Source of the DNA: Planctomycetota bacterium
GTDB taxonomy: Bacteria; Planctomycetota; GCA-002687715; CAIWVZ01
Assembly: GCA_044222185.1 (NCBI GenBank)
Contig: JBGANV010000001.1
Location: 96,001-160,000, forward strand
Length of the DNA: 64,000 nucleotides
Direction of reading: 5' to 3'
Below, piece by piece: positions 33,480 to 42,302 of this stretch. Position numbers and translations under genes: made by a program. Positions within the stretch are counted from its first letter, which is position 1. Each line of letters opens with the position of its first letter. The notes under the pieces were generated by a model. It was not told the DNA's origin, searched no databases, and saw nothing but the letters and a program-made list of their open reading frames with translations.

Positions 33480-34397
33480 TCATGGAGCCGTTCCCGAAAC
33501 GGGGAGCGGCACGCGCGCCCAGAGCCTCGACGGTTGCACTGCGGCAGCCTTGCGCACGACGCCGAGCGGCTCCGACGTCCCCTCTGACGTGATGACCTGC
33601 GAGATCAGCTCCAGCGGCACGGCTTCGAAGTAGCGGTTGTGGACGGTGACGGCCGCCGGTGCTCCCTCCCAGACCTGCGACGCCGGTTCGTCCAGGATGC
33701 GTAGTCGTTCCGCAAGTGCGGTTCCGACGATCTTCAGCTCCTCGAGACAGGCGACTACCGCGGTCCCTCGCGCACGGCACTCGCGGGCCGCCGATCGGCT
33801 GCCGACCTTGTTGATCAGCGCCGTCGGCGTGAGCGCGTCGCCGCCAAGCAGGAGCAGGTCGGCCGAACTCGCCGCCACGGGGAATGCGGAATCGGAGTAG
33901 AAGTGCGTCTCGTGGCCGGCCGCAACGGACCGTTGAGCCGCGCGACGTCCCTCGCCGCCCGGCCGCGAGTCGGCCACGAGGACGACGAGCTTGCGGCCGA
34001 TGCGGTCGAGGACCTCTCCAACGGTCGACGACCAACTGAGGATGGCGACGCGGCGCGCATCGCCGAGACGTGCGACTGCGGCGGCGACGATCGCCGAGAG
34101 ATTCTGTTGGTGCTCGGAGAGCTGGCGATCGGTCTCCGCAAGCACGGCCGCGGTGCCGCCGGTCTCTGCCGCGCGGAAGAGGCGGTCGAATCCCACGAGC
34201 AGTGCGGCCATCGTCGGTTGCGCCGGTACGACTCCGGACGCCATCCGTACGAGCGTGTTCTCGACGAGGTCGTCCGTGCGTCCACGTAGGGTCGACGCCA
34301 CGAGGTTGAGGAGGCGACCGGTGATCTCTCGCGCACCCGAAGTCCTGTCCTCTGCCAATTCCCGCAACCGCAGCGTCAGATCGCTCATGGTGTCCAT
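33480..34397 (-). CDS. eIF-2B alpha/beta/delta (IF-2B) superfamily protein, aIF-2B/R15P-isomerase-like
   Basis: DRTSGA, QPTMAA, DSRPGGEG, LGGDAL...INKVGS, NRYFEAVP...VITSEG. Confidence 0.8.
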   Translation of the reverse strand: MDTMSDLTLRLRELAEDRTSGAREITGRLLNLVASTLRGRTDDLVENTLVRMASGVVPAQPTMAALLVGFDRLFRAAETGGTAAVLAETDRQLSEHQQNLSAIVAAAVARLGDARRVAILSWSSTVGEVLDRIGRKLVVLVADSRPGGEGRRAAQRSVAAGHETHFYSDSAFPVAASSADLLLLGGDALTPTALINKVGSRSAARECRARGTAVVACLEELKIVGTALAERLRILDEPASQVWEGAPAAVTVHNRYFEAVPLELISQVITSEGTSEPLGVVRKAAAVQPSRLWARVPLPVSGTAP

Positions 34398-34444
34398 GGT
34401 GGCGCGCACCGCGCGGCCGTCAACCCGGGTGCTATGTTCCGGCC

Positions 34445-35515
34445 GTGAAGGTCCGCCAAAGCCCGGTCGTCGCGTGGTGGTGGGGTGAAAGCGCGAGCGT
34501 GCTTTCCGCTGCGGCTCGCCTGCCGCTCATTCCCCTCGCCTTGGCGTACTCCGCGATCGCACGCGTGCGCACGTGGATGTGGACCCGCGGGCCGTTGCGC
34601 GGAAGGCGCGTTCGGTTGGCGCATCCCGTCATCAGCGTTGGGAACGTGACGGTAGGTGGCACGGGGAAGACTCCGACCGTCCGGTGGATCTGCGAAGTGC
34701 TGCAGCGTGCCGGCCGCGCGCCGTGGGTTCTCTCGAGTGGGTGGGGGACGCGGGGACCGGGCTGCGATCTCGACGAGGAGGGGGAGTCCCTCCGTCGTGT
34801 GATCCCCGGCCTGCGAATCACGCAGTCGAGACGACTGCGACGGCGGCTGCGTCGGGGCGATGACGCCATCGTGTCCGCACCGCCGAACACGGTGTTCGTG
34901 CTGGACGATGGGCTCCAGAAGGTCTGGCTGGCTCGAGACCTCGACATCGTCGTCGTTGACGCCTCCCGTCCGTTCGGGTCCGGGTGGTGCATTCCCGCCG
35001 GGCCGATGCGCGAGCCCCCGTCCGCGCTCGGTCGAGGTCACGTGGTGATTCTCTCCCGCGTCGACCAGGCGGACCCACAGAGCCTATCGAGGTTGCGGAG
35101 CCTCATGGGCGACCTGTGCCCGCGGGCCGACGTTCTCCGCCAATGCCACCGTCCGGATCGACTCGTGATCTCCGGACGGGGCCCGGAAACGCTGGCCGGG
35201 AAACGGGTCCACCTGCTTTCGGCGATCGGCAATCCGGCGGCATTCGAGCGCACGGTCGCCGCTCTCGGTGCCGAGGTCGTCGGGGCGTTCACGGCGGGCG
35301 ATCATGCACCGCTGGATGCGTCGCGGGTCGACGCGGCGCGACGCGCCGCCGTCGCCGAAGCGGCCGACGTCGTGCTTGCGACGGGCAAGGACGCGCCGAA
35401 GGTCGCGGCGTTTGCTGCGGGGAGGCCGCCCCTCGACGCTCTGGAGATCCGCGTGGAATTCGAGGATGATCCCGCGCCGCTCGTCGAACGGATCGCGTCG
35501 CTGCGGCGCGGTTGA
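34445..35515 (+). CDS. lpxK: Tetraacyldisaccharide 4'-kinase
   Basis: VISVGNVTVGGTGKTP, LDDGLQ, PAGPMRE, IGNP..F, T.KDA.K. Confidence 0.9.
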   Translation: MKVRQSPVVAWWWGESASVLSAAARLPLIPLALAYSAIARVRTWMWTRGPLRGRRVRLAHPVISVGNVTVGGTGKTPTVRWICEVLQRAGRAPWVLSSGWGTRGPGCDLDEEGESLRRVIPGLRITQSRRLRRRLRRGDDAIVSAPPNTVFVLDDGLQKVWLARDLDIVVVDASRPFGSGWCIPAGPMREPPSALGRGHVVILSRVDQADPQSLSRLRSLMGDLCPRADVLRQCHRPDRLVISGRGPETLAGKRVHLLSAIGNPAAFERTVAALGAEVVGAFTAGDHAPLDASRVDAARRAAVAEAADVVLATGKDAPKVAAFAAGRPPLDALEIRVEFEDDPAPLVERIASLRRG

Positions 35516-35521
35516 CCGAAC

Positions 35522-36469
35522 ATGTCACGACGACGCAGCCTCGTCCGGAACGTTGCCGAATACGTCGCGGCCCGCGGCGTCATCGCCCTCACGCGGCTCT
35601 TACCCCGGCGCGCCATCCCCGCAGTGAGCCGTGCTCTCGGCGTGATCCTTCACACGGCGCTCCGCGGCCGCCGCCGCGTCGTGTACCAGAACGTAGCCTT
35701 GGCCTATCGGGGCGCACCCGATGCCCCCGATCCAGCCCGCTTGTCGAAGGCGTCGTTCGCGAACCTCTGCCGGTCATTCCTCGAGTTGTTCCTGATCCCA
35801 CCGGCGGATCGACCCGAGGAGCTTCTCGCCGCCGTGAAGTTCGACAGGGGCCTGACCCCGGAACGACTGGCGCAGCGCGTCGGCCCGGGGCCGGTGATCT
35901 ACACGGTCGGGCACTTCGGCGCATGGGAGATCGCCGGCGCCGTTTCGGGGGCGCTCGGTACGCCCGTCACGAGCCTCGTGCGCCCGCTCGACAACCCGCT
36001 GTTGGAGGCCTATCTCGCCCGGATTAGGATGCGCTTCGGTCAGAAGCTGGCCAGCAATCGCGGTGGGTTCCGCCAATTGTTCGAGGACCTGGCGAACGGT
36101 CGATCCGTCGCCGTTCTCGTCGACCTGAACATGAAGCGCCAGGGGGCTGTATTCGTGGACTTCTTCGGCGTGAAAGCCGCGACGGCGAAGACGCCCGCGG
36201 TTCTCGCGCTCCGCTCGGGGCGCCCCCTCGTGCCGGTGTTCTGCCATCGCACGGCCGAGGCCTACCGCTTCGAGATCGAGGTGGCGGAACCGATCGCGCC
36301 ACGGCTTCATTCGCAGGACCGTGATGAGGAGACCCTCCGGCTCGTCACGGAGGTGACGCGTGTCGTCGAGCAGCGGGTGCGCGCCACGCCCGAGCAGTGG
36401 CTGTGGACCCACCGGCGCTGGAAGACGCGACCCGACGGCGAGTCGTCGGCGGAGGCTTCGTCGCGATGA
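35522..36469 (+). CDS. Lipid A late acyltransferase (LpxL/HtrB family)
   Basis: GHFGAWE, RPLDNP, VDFFG, PEQWLWTHRRWK. Confidence 0.9.
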   Translation: MSRRRSLVRNVAEYVAARGVIALTRLLPRRAIPAVSRALGVILHTALRGRRRVVYQNVALAYRGAPDAPDPARLSKASFANLCRSFLELFLIPPADRPEELLAAVKFDRGLTPERLAQRVGPGPVIYTVGHFGAWEIAGAVSGALGTPVTSLVRPLDNPLLEAYLARIRMRFGQKLASNRGGFRQLFEDLANGRSVAVLVDLNMKRQGAVFVDFFGVKAATAKTPAVLALRSGRPLVPVFCHRTAEAYRFEIEVAEPIAPRLHSQDRDEETLRLVTEVTRVVEQRVRATPEQWLWTHRRWKTRPDGESSAEASSR

Positions 36470-37455
36470 CCGACACCGCCGGCCAGTTGTTGCAACGCTT
36501 CCCGGAGCTGCGGATCGCAGTCGTCGGAGACATCGTCGCCGACCAGTACATCTACAGCGAGCCCATGCGGCTTTCGCGCGAGGCGCCCGTCATCGTCGTC
36601 CGATATCAAGCGAAGCGGTTGATTCCGGGAGGCGCGGCAAACGCGTTGAACAACCTTCTTGCTCTTGGAGCCAAGGTCTTCCCCGTGGGCCTCGTCGGCG
36701 ACGACGACGAGGGTGAATCGCTCCTGTCGCACTTCCGTGGGTTCGGTGTCGAGACGTCGGGGATCGTCCGATCGCAGCGCTACCGCACGATCGCGAAGAC
36801 GCGGATCATGGCCGGCGATCCCAACCGCTCGAAGCAGCAGCTCCTGCGCATCGATCACGAGCCCGATGCCCCGCCGGACGTCGCTACGATCGACGAGGTC
36901 CGGGCCCGCGTTCGCGAAATCGTCCCCCACGTGGACGCGTTGCTCTTCTCCGACTATGGCTACGACCTGGTGACCTCCGACGTCGTGAAGGAGGCTCGCT
37001 CCGCGTTCCGCGGTTCGGTGTCCGCAGCAGACTCGCGGTATCGAATCCGCGATTTTGCTGGCGTGACGATCGTCACGCCGAACGAGGGCGAAGCCGAGGA
37101 CGCAGTCGGCATTCGGATCCGTGACGACGACGGGCTGGAGCGCGTCGGGCGCAAACTTCTCGCGGAGATCGGCTCTCCGGCGGTCCTGATCACTCGCGGG
37201 AACCGCGGGATGGCCCTCTTCGAGCGCGGGAAACCGCGGCTGGACATCCCGGCAACCGGCACGGACGAGGTGACTGACGTCTCCGGCGCCGGCGACACTG
37301 TGATCGCGGTCGTGACCTTGGCGCTCGCGGCCGGGGCATCGTTCGAGGTGGCAGCTCGGCTGAGCAACGCGGCGGCTGGCGTCGTCGTGATGAAACCCGG
37401 TGCGGCCACCTGTTCGCCGCAGGAGTTCCTCGCCGCAGCGGGGGATGGGATTTGA
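36466..37455 (+). CDS. rfaE1: D-glycero-beta-D-manno-heptose-7-phosphate kinase
   Basis: RLSREAPVIV, GGAANA, SDYG, TPNEGE, DVSGAGDT. Confidence 0.9.
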   Translation: MTDTAGQLLQRFPELRIAVVGDIVADQYIYSEPMRLSREAPVIVVRYQAKRLIPGGAANALNNLLALGAKVFPVGLVGDDDEGESLLSHFRGFGVETSGIVRSQRYRTIAKTRIMAGDPNRSKQQLLRIDHEPDAPPDVATIDEVRARVREIVPHVDALLFSDYGYDLVTSDVVKEARSAFRGSVSAADSRYRIRDFAGVTIVTPNEGEAEDAVGIRIRDDDGLERVGRKLLAEIGSPAVLITRGNRGMALFERGKPRLDIPATGTDEVTDVSGAGDTVIAVVTLALAAGASFEVAARLSNAAAGVVVMKPGAATCSPQEFLAAAGDGI

Positions 37456-37943
37456 CGTCCAGCATCGACAAGGTCTGTCCCGACATGGCGACGCTCCTGT
37501 CGCGGCTCGATCCGGTGCGGGCGGCCGGCGGGACGATCGTGCTCACCAACGGTGCATTCGACCTTCTGCACGTGGGACACGTGCGCGCCCTCGAAGACGC
37601 TCGTCGACACGGCACGTGTCTCGTCGTCGCGATCAATAGTGATGCGTCCGTCCGGCGGCTGAAGGGACCCTCGCGACCTGTCGTGCCGGAAGGGGAGAGG
37701 GCCGAACTGGTCGCGGCCATCGGGTGCGTCGATCTCGTCTACGTGTTCGGCGAGACCGACGTCTCGGTGATCATCAGGGCCGTTCGCCCGGACGTTCATG
37801 CGAAGGGGCGGGACTACACGGCGGCGACGGTGCCAGAGCGCGCGGTGGTCGCGGAGGTCGGTGGTCGGGTGGTGATCGTCGGAGATCCAAAGGACCACGC
37901 GACGACTGACGTCATCGCGCGGATCCGAGCCCTGCCGCCGTGA
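37452..37943 (+). CDS. rfaE2: D-glycero-beta-D-manno-heptose 1-phosphate adenylyltransferase
   Basis: TNGAFDLLHVGH, NSDASVRRLKGPSRP, KG.DY. Confidence 0.92.
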   Translation: MTSSIDKVCPDMATLLSRLDPVRAAGGTIVLTNGAFDLLHVGHVRALEDARRHGTCLVVAINSDASVRRLKGPSRPVVPEGERAELVAAIGCVDLVYVFGETDVSVIIRAVRPDVHAKGRDYTAATVPERAVVAEVGGRVVIVGDPKDHATTDVIARIRALPP

Positions 37944-38965
37944 GCGACCCGGAGCGCGTTCTGCTTCGCCTCCCGAACTGGGTCGGTGATCTCGTGATGG
38001 TCACGCCTGCGCTGCGCGCCGTCCGGCGGGCGTTTCCCAATGCGCGAGTGACGGCCGCGGTCAGAGGTTACGGCCTCCCCGTGCTCGGCGGGCTGCAGAC
38101 CATCGACGAGATCTGGCCCATCGGGCGCCGGTTCGAGCACATCGGGCCCGGGATCCTGGAATATGCACGCGAGCTCCGCGCCCGGCGGTTCGACCTGGCG
38201 GTGCTCTTCACGAATAGCCTGACGTCCGCGCTGGGCCCGTGGCTCGCGAGAATCCCCCGGCGCGTCGGGTACGAAGGCGACTGGCGGACTCCGTTCCTGA
38301 CGACGCGCGCCCCGCGGTCGGACCGGCGCGCGCCAGTCCCGATGCCCAGGTTCTATCTCGACCTTCTGGCCGCTGCCGGGGTGGAGCCCGCGGGGGTGGG
38401 GTATGACCTTCCCGTTCGCCAAGAGGACCGAAGCTACGTCGACGATCTCTTCGCGAGGCTTGGGATCGATGCCGCGCGACCGATCGCCGCGCTCAACCCA
38501 GGGGCAAAGTTCGGTTCGAGCAAGCTTTGGCCCATCGACCGGTTTGCCGCCGTCGGGGACGCGTTGGTCCGACGGTTCGGATACCAGGTGCTCCTGGTCT
38601 GTGGGCCCGATGAGGTCGCGATCGCGCGGGCGATCACTTCCGCGATGCGCGAACCGGTGGCGTCGACGCATGACCGTGTCGTCCCTCTCGCGCCCTTGCG
38701 CGCACTCATGCAGCGCATCGATCTCCTCGTGACGACTGACACGGGCCCCCGTCACATGGCGGTCGCCTTCGAGCGCCCCACGGTCGTCGTCATGGGTTCC
38801 ACGCACCCGGTCTGGACGGACTGGAACATGGGGCGGACGCGCGTCGTTCGGCACGACGTCCCGTGCGGGCCATGCCACCTTCGGGTTTGTCCGCTGGACC
38901 ACGCCTGCATGGAACTCGTCACGGTTGAGGAGGTCCTGGCGGCGGTCGAGGATCTCCGCCGTTGA
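37940..38965 (+). CDS. waaF: LPS heptosyltransferase II (GT9)
   Basis: RLPNWVGDLVM, NPGAKFGSSKLWP, DTGPRH. Confidence 0.88.
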   Translation: MSDPERVLLRLPNWVGDLVMVTPALRAVRRAFPNARVTAAVRGYGLPVLGGLQTIDEIWPIGRRFEHIGPGILEYARELRARRFDLAVLFTNSLTSALGPWLARIPRRVGYEGDWRTPFLTTRAPRSDRRAPVPMPRFYLDLLAAAGVEPAGVGYDLPVRQEDRSYVDDLFARLGIDAARPIAALNPGAKFGSSKLWPIDRFAAVGDALVRRFGYQVLLVCGPDEVAIARAITSAMREPVASTHDRVVPLAPLRALMQRIDLLVTTDTGPRHMAVAFERPTVVVMGSTHPVWTDWNMGRTRVVRHDVPCGPCHLRVCPLDHACMELVTVEEVLAAVEDLRR

Positions 38966-39170
38966 GGCCGCGGCGCCCCCGGGGGGAGGCGGCCATCGGC
39001 ACGGATTGACGTCAAATGCGGCCCCCGGGGTGGGGTTGTTCGCCGCCGCACGGGCGGTGCGGATTCGCACAGGAAGTTTTCGTTCTTGAAGCCCCTTTCT
39101 GTATAAGGGCCGCAGATCGCTGCGCCCGTCAGCCTTGCCGCGGGGGACGCACGACATCGGAGTGCGACAG

Positions 39171-41147
39171 ATGGAGACAGAGCTCTCGTCGAAACGGGCG
39201 AAGCTGGTGCTCCAGGGACCGACCGGAACGATCATCCACCCTCTGGACAAGGGCACGATCACCGCCGGACGAGGAACTACGAATACCCTGGTCGTCAATG
39301 ATCCGCGCGTGAGTCGCGTTCACGCGCGGCTCGAGTTCACACCACAGGGCTACCGCATCCTGGACGCCGGAAGTCAGAACGGCACCTGGGTGAACGGGAA
39401 CCGGGTCCAGACCGCGATCCTTCGCGACGGCGACGTCGTGCAACTCGGCGCCACACGACTGACCTACCGAGAGGACGAAGACGCGTCGTCCGTCATCGTC
39501 TCTCCAGCAAAGCTCGATCCCGAATCCACGAACGAGTTCACACTCACCGAAGTGGGCCGACGCGCACCCGAGGACGCACCCCCTGCCGATCTCGCCGAGC
39601 GGTTCCATCGAGTCGCCGAGTTGATGCGAGCCATCTCCGGTGCGGTGGGTTCGGACCGGTTCTTCGATCAGCTCATCAACGCCGCCGTGGACCTCACGTC
39701 CGCCGAGCGCGGGTTCATCATCGTGAACACGAGGCAAGGCATGGAGTTTCGTGCGGCACGGAACATCGGGCAGGAAGACAGACGCGGGCCCGAGTTCGAG
39801 GTGTCGTGGTCGATCGCCGTGAAGGTCGGCACGACGGGCGACGGCGTCTTGCTCGTCGACGCGCTCCATGACGAGCGATTCCGCGCCATCGAGAGCGTGG
39901 AGTCGCTCGGACTTCGGTCCGTGCTCTGCGTTCCGATCCGAAGCGAACTCGGCATCCAAGGTGTCATCTACCTGGACAACCGCCTCCAACTCGGCGCATT
40001 CACCGCCGACGACCGCGCGGTGATCGACGTCCTCGCGGACCAGGCCGGCGTCGTTCTCGGGCAGGAGCGTCTCTCGCGTGACCTGAAGGCCCGGCAGCAG
40101 GAGGTCGAATCGCTCAACCGGCGGCTGAAGGAGAAGCTCTCCGAGCAGGACACCGAGCTGACGCGGATGCGTGCCGAACTGCGCGCAGGCCGTGTGGAGG
40201 CGGACGCAGGCTTCCAGCCGCTGATCGGAGGATCGGCGCGCATGGACGAACTTCGCAGCCTGATGCGCAAGATCGCGCCCTCGGAGCTTCCCGTCCTCGT
40301 CTTCGGCGAATCCGGCACCGGCAAGGAACTCGTCGCACGGTGCATTCATCAGAGCGGGCCGCGAGCCAACTCGGAGATGGTCTCCGTGAATTGCGCCGCG
40401 TTCCCTGAGGGGTTGCTCGAGGCCGAGTTGTTCGGCCACGTTCGCGGCGCCTTCACGGGTGCCGATCGCGCCAAGAAGGGCCTGCTGGAAGCGGCCCATG
40501 GCGGGACCCTGTTCCTCGACGAGGTCGAGTGCATGAGCCCGGGCATGCAGTCGCGACTCCTGCGAGTCCTCCAGGAGGGTGAGATCCGCCCCGTGGGCGC
40601 GCAACAAAGCCTGAAGGTGGACGTCCGAGTGATCGCGGCCAGCAACCAGGATCTGCGCAAGATGGTCGCGGACGGCACGTTCCGCGAGGACCTCTACTAC
40701 CGACTACGCGTCCTCCAGGTGAACATCCCGCCGCTCCGCGACCGCCGGGAGGACATCGCGATCCTCGTTGCGCATTTCATCGAGAAATACGCGCCTTCCG
40801 TCACGGTGTCGGCTGAGGCTCTCGATCTCCTCATGTCGTACAGCTGGCCCGGGAACGTCCGGGAACTGGAGAACGAGATCCGCCGCTGCGCGGTGATCGC
40901 CGGACCCGTCATCGGCGTCGAGGGGTTGTCGAAGCACATCAGTGACTCGACGCGCATGCTCATCGGGGAGGAATCGAGCTTCCATGACCTCGGAGATCTG
41001 GTCAAGATGGTCGAGAGCCGCGAGATCCAGAAGGCGCTGAAGAAGAGTGCGGGCAACAAGACACGGGCGGCGGACCTGCTCGGAATCTCCCGCTTCACGC
41101 TCCAGCGAAAGCTCGACAAGTACGGGATCGCGGCAGAGGACGACTGA
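39171..41147 (+). CDS. sigma54 enhancer-binding protein with FHA and GAF domains
   Basis: FHA GR...SRVH...SQNG; GAF SVLCVP...GVIYLD; GESGTGKE, GAFTGA, WPGNVREL, Fis HTH. Confidence 0.93.
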   Translation: METELSSKRAKLVLQGPTGTIIHPLDKGTITAGRGTTNTLVVNDPRVSRVHARLEFTPQGYRILDAGSQNGTWVNGNRVQTAILRDGDVVQLGATRLTYREDEDASSVIVSPAKLDPESTNEFTLTEVGRRAPEDAPPADLAERFHRVAELMRAISGAVGSDRFFDQLINAAVDLTSAERGFIIVNTRQGMEFRAARNIGQEDRRGPEFEVSWSIAVKVGTTGDGVLLVDALHDERFRAIESVESLGLRSVLCVPIRSELGIQGVIYLDNRLQLGAFTADDRAVIDVLADQAGVVLGQERLSRDLKARQQEVESLNRRLKEKLSEQDTELTRMRAELRAGRVEADAGFQPLIGGSARMDELRSLMRKIAPSELPVLVFGESGTGKELVARCIHQSGPRANSEMVSVNCAAFPEGLLEAELFGHVRGAFTGADRAKKGLLEAAHGGTLFLDEVECMSPGMQSRLLRVLQEGEIRPVGAQQSLKVDVRVIAASNQDLRKMVADGTFREDLYYRLRVLQVNIPPLRDRREDIAILVAHFIEKYAPSVTVSAEALDLLMSYSWPGNVRELENEIRRCAVIAGPVIGVEGLSKHISDSTRMLIGEESSFHDLGDLVKMVESREIQKALKKSAGNKTRAADLLGISRFTLQRKLDKYGIAAEDD

Positions 41148-41150
41148 CGC

Positions 41151-42302
41151 TTGGGCGCGGAGCGCGCACGGCGGCGTCCCATGAGGAAATCGATGACACC
41201 TGCATCTCCGAGTTCGTCTTCCGCTTTCGCTTCGCGTGCCACCCGCGGTTGCGGTTCGACCCCGTTGCTCGTCCTTCTGGCATTCCTCGTCGCGGCGATG
41301 CCGGTTGCCGCGCAAAAACCAAAGCCGGATCCGAAGGCGAAACCGGCACCGGCGCCCGTCGAGACCAAGCCGGTGGAGCCGCCGGCACCGGCCAATCCCA
41401 AACTGAAGCGTGAAGTGGATTCGCTTTCCGCCGCCGTCGGGCAGCCTCTGACGGTCGTGGAGGGGAAGTACTTCGACTTCGCTGCAACGCTCACGCCGGC
41501 CGACGTGAATGTCCTCATGGACGTCGCCGACAAGTGCTTCGCCGAATGGACGCGCATCACCGGCGTCGAGAAGGCGGAGCGCATGTTCGACGGGCAGAAG
41601 TGTCTGATCGTCGTGTGCAAGAGCTCGCAGCAATACAAGCTCGTCGGCCCGTGGTACGAGAAGACCTACCCCGATGGGGGCGCGCAGCCCGCGATGCAGA
41701 GCGTGACGTATTTCCCATTTCCATACCCCAGGTGCATGATCGCGATGCACCTGAAGCCCGCGGACGTGAACGGGCTCAAGAACAACGTCGCGCATGAGAT
41801 CGGCCACATGCTGATCTACCGCCACGACTTCAACTACAACTTCTCGCCGGTCTGGCTCACGGAGGGATTCGGCTCGTGGCTCGAGGGCAAGGTCCTCGGC
41901 CTCACCAACTGCTACTGCTCCTCGGGCGGTTACGGCGACCACGCCGCGGCCCTGGAGAAGATGAGCAACCTCGAGTGGGCGAAGTGGAAGGCCGGTCTGA
42001 AGGCCTCCGTGAAGGCCCGCCAGGACAAGAACCTCAGCCAGATCATTCCCATGCAGCTCAGCGACATGAGCACGGCGGAGGTGGGGAAGGCGTGGTCGGT
42101 CGTCGACTACATGGTCAGCACGGATGCGGCGAAGTTCACGAAGTGGCTCAGCCTCGTGAAGAAACACTGGCCGCAGCCGCCCAAGTACGAGTGGTACCCC
42201 GCGAAGGGTGAGGCCCAGAAGAAGGCACTCCAGGAGGCCTGGGGCATCGACATCAACGCCCTCGACGATGCCTGGCGCACCTATGTCGACACCCGGTACT
42301 GA
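41151..42302 (+). CDS. Secreted gluzincin-type metallopeptidase-like protein (start likely downstream of 41151)
   Basis: Signal peptide ending PVAAQ; AHEIGH plus WLTEG third-ligand motif. Confidence 0.75.
   Translation: MGAERARRRPMRKSMTPASPSSSSAFASRATRGCGSTPLLVLLAFLVAAMPVAAQKPKPDPKAKPAPAPVETKPVEPPAPANPKLKREVDSLSAAVGQPLTVVEGKYFDFAATLTPADVNVLMDVADKCFAEWTRITGVEKAERMFDGQKCLIVVCKSSQQYKLVGPWYEKTYPDGGAQPAMQSVTYFPFPYPRCMIAMHLKPADVNGLKNNVAHEIGHMLIYRHDFNYNFSPVWLTEGFGSWLEGKVLGLTNCYCSSGGYGDHAAALEKMSNLEWAKWKAGLKASVKARQDKNLSQIIPMQLSDMSTAEVGKAWSVVDYMVSTDAAKFTKWLSLVKKHWPQPPKYEWYPAKGEAQKKALQEAWGIDINALDDAWRTYVDTRY

Noticed and set aside
34445-38965. LPS genes in a planctomycete as a novelty
   Set aside because: LPS biosynthesis and a diderm envelope are already established for this phylum
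39006-39015. Palindrome TTGACGTCAA upstream of the EBP gene
   Set aside because: Single 10-bp palindrome, plausible by chance in 64 kb; no second copy noticed
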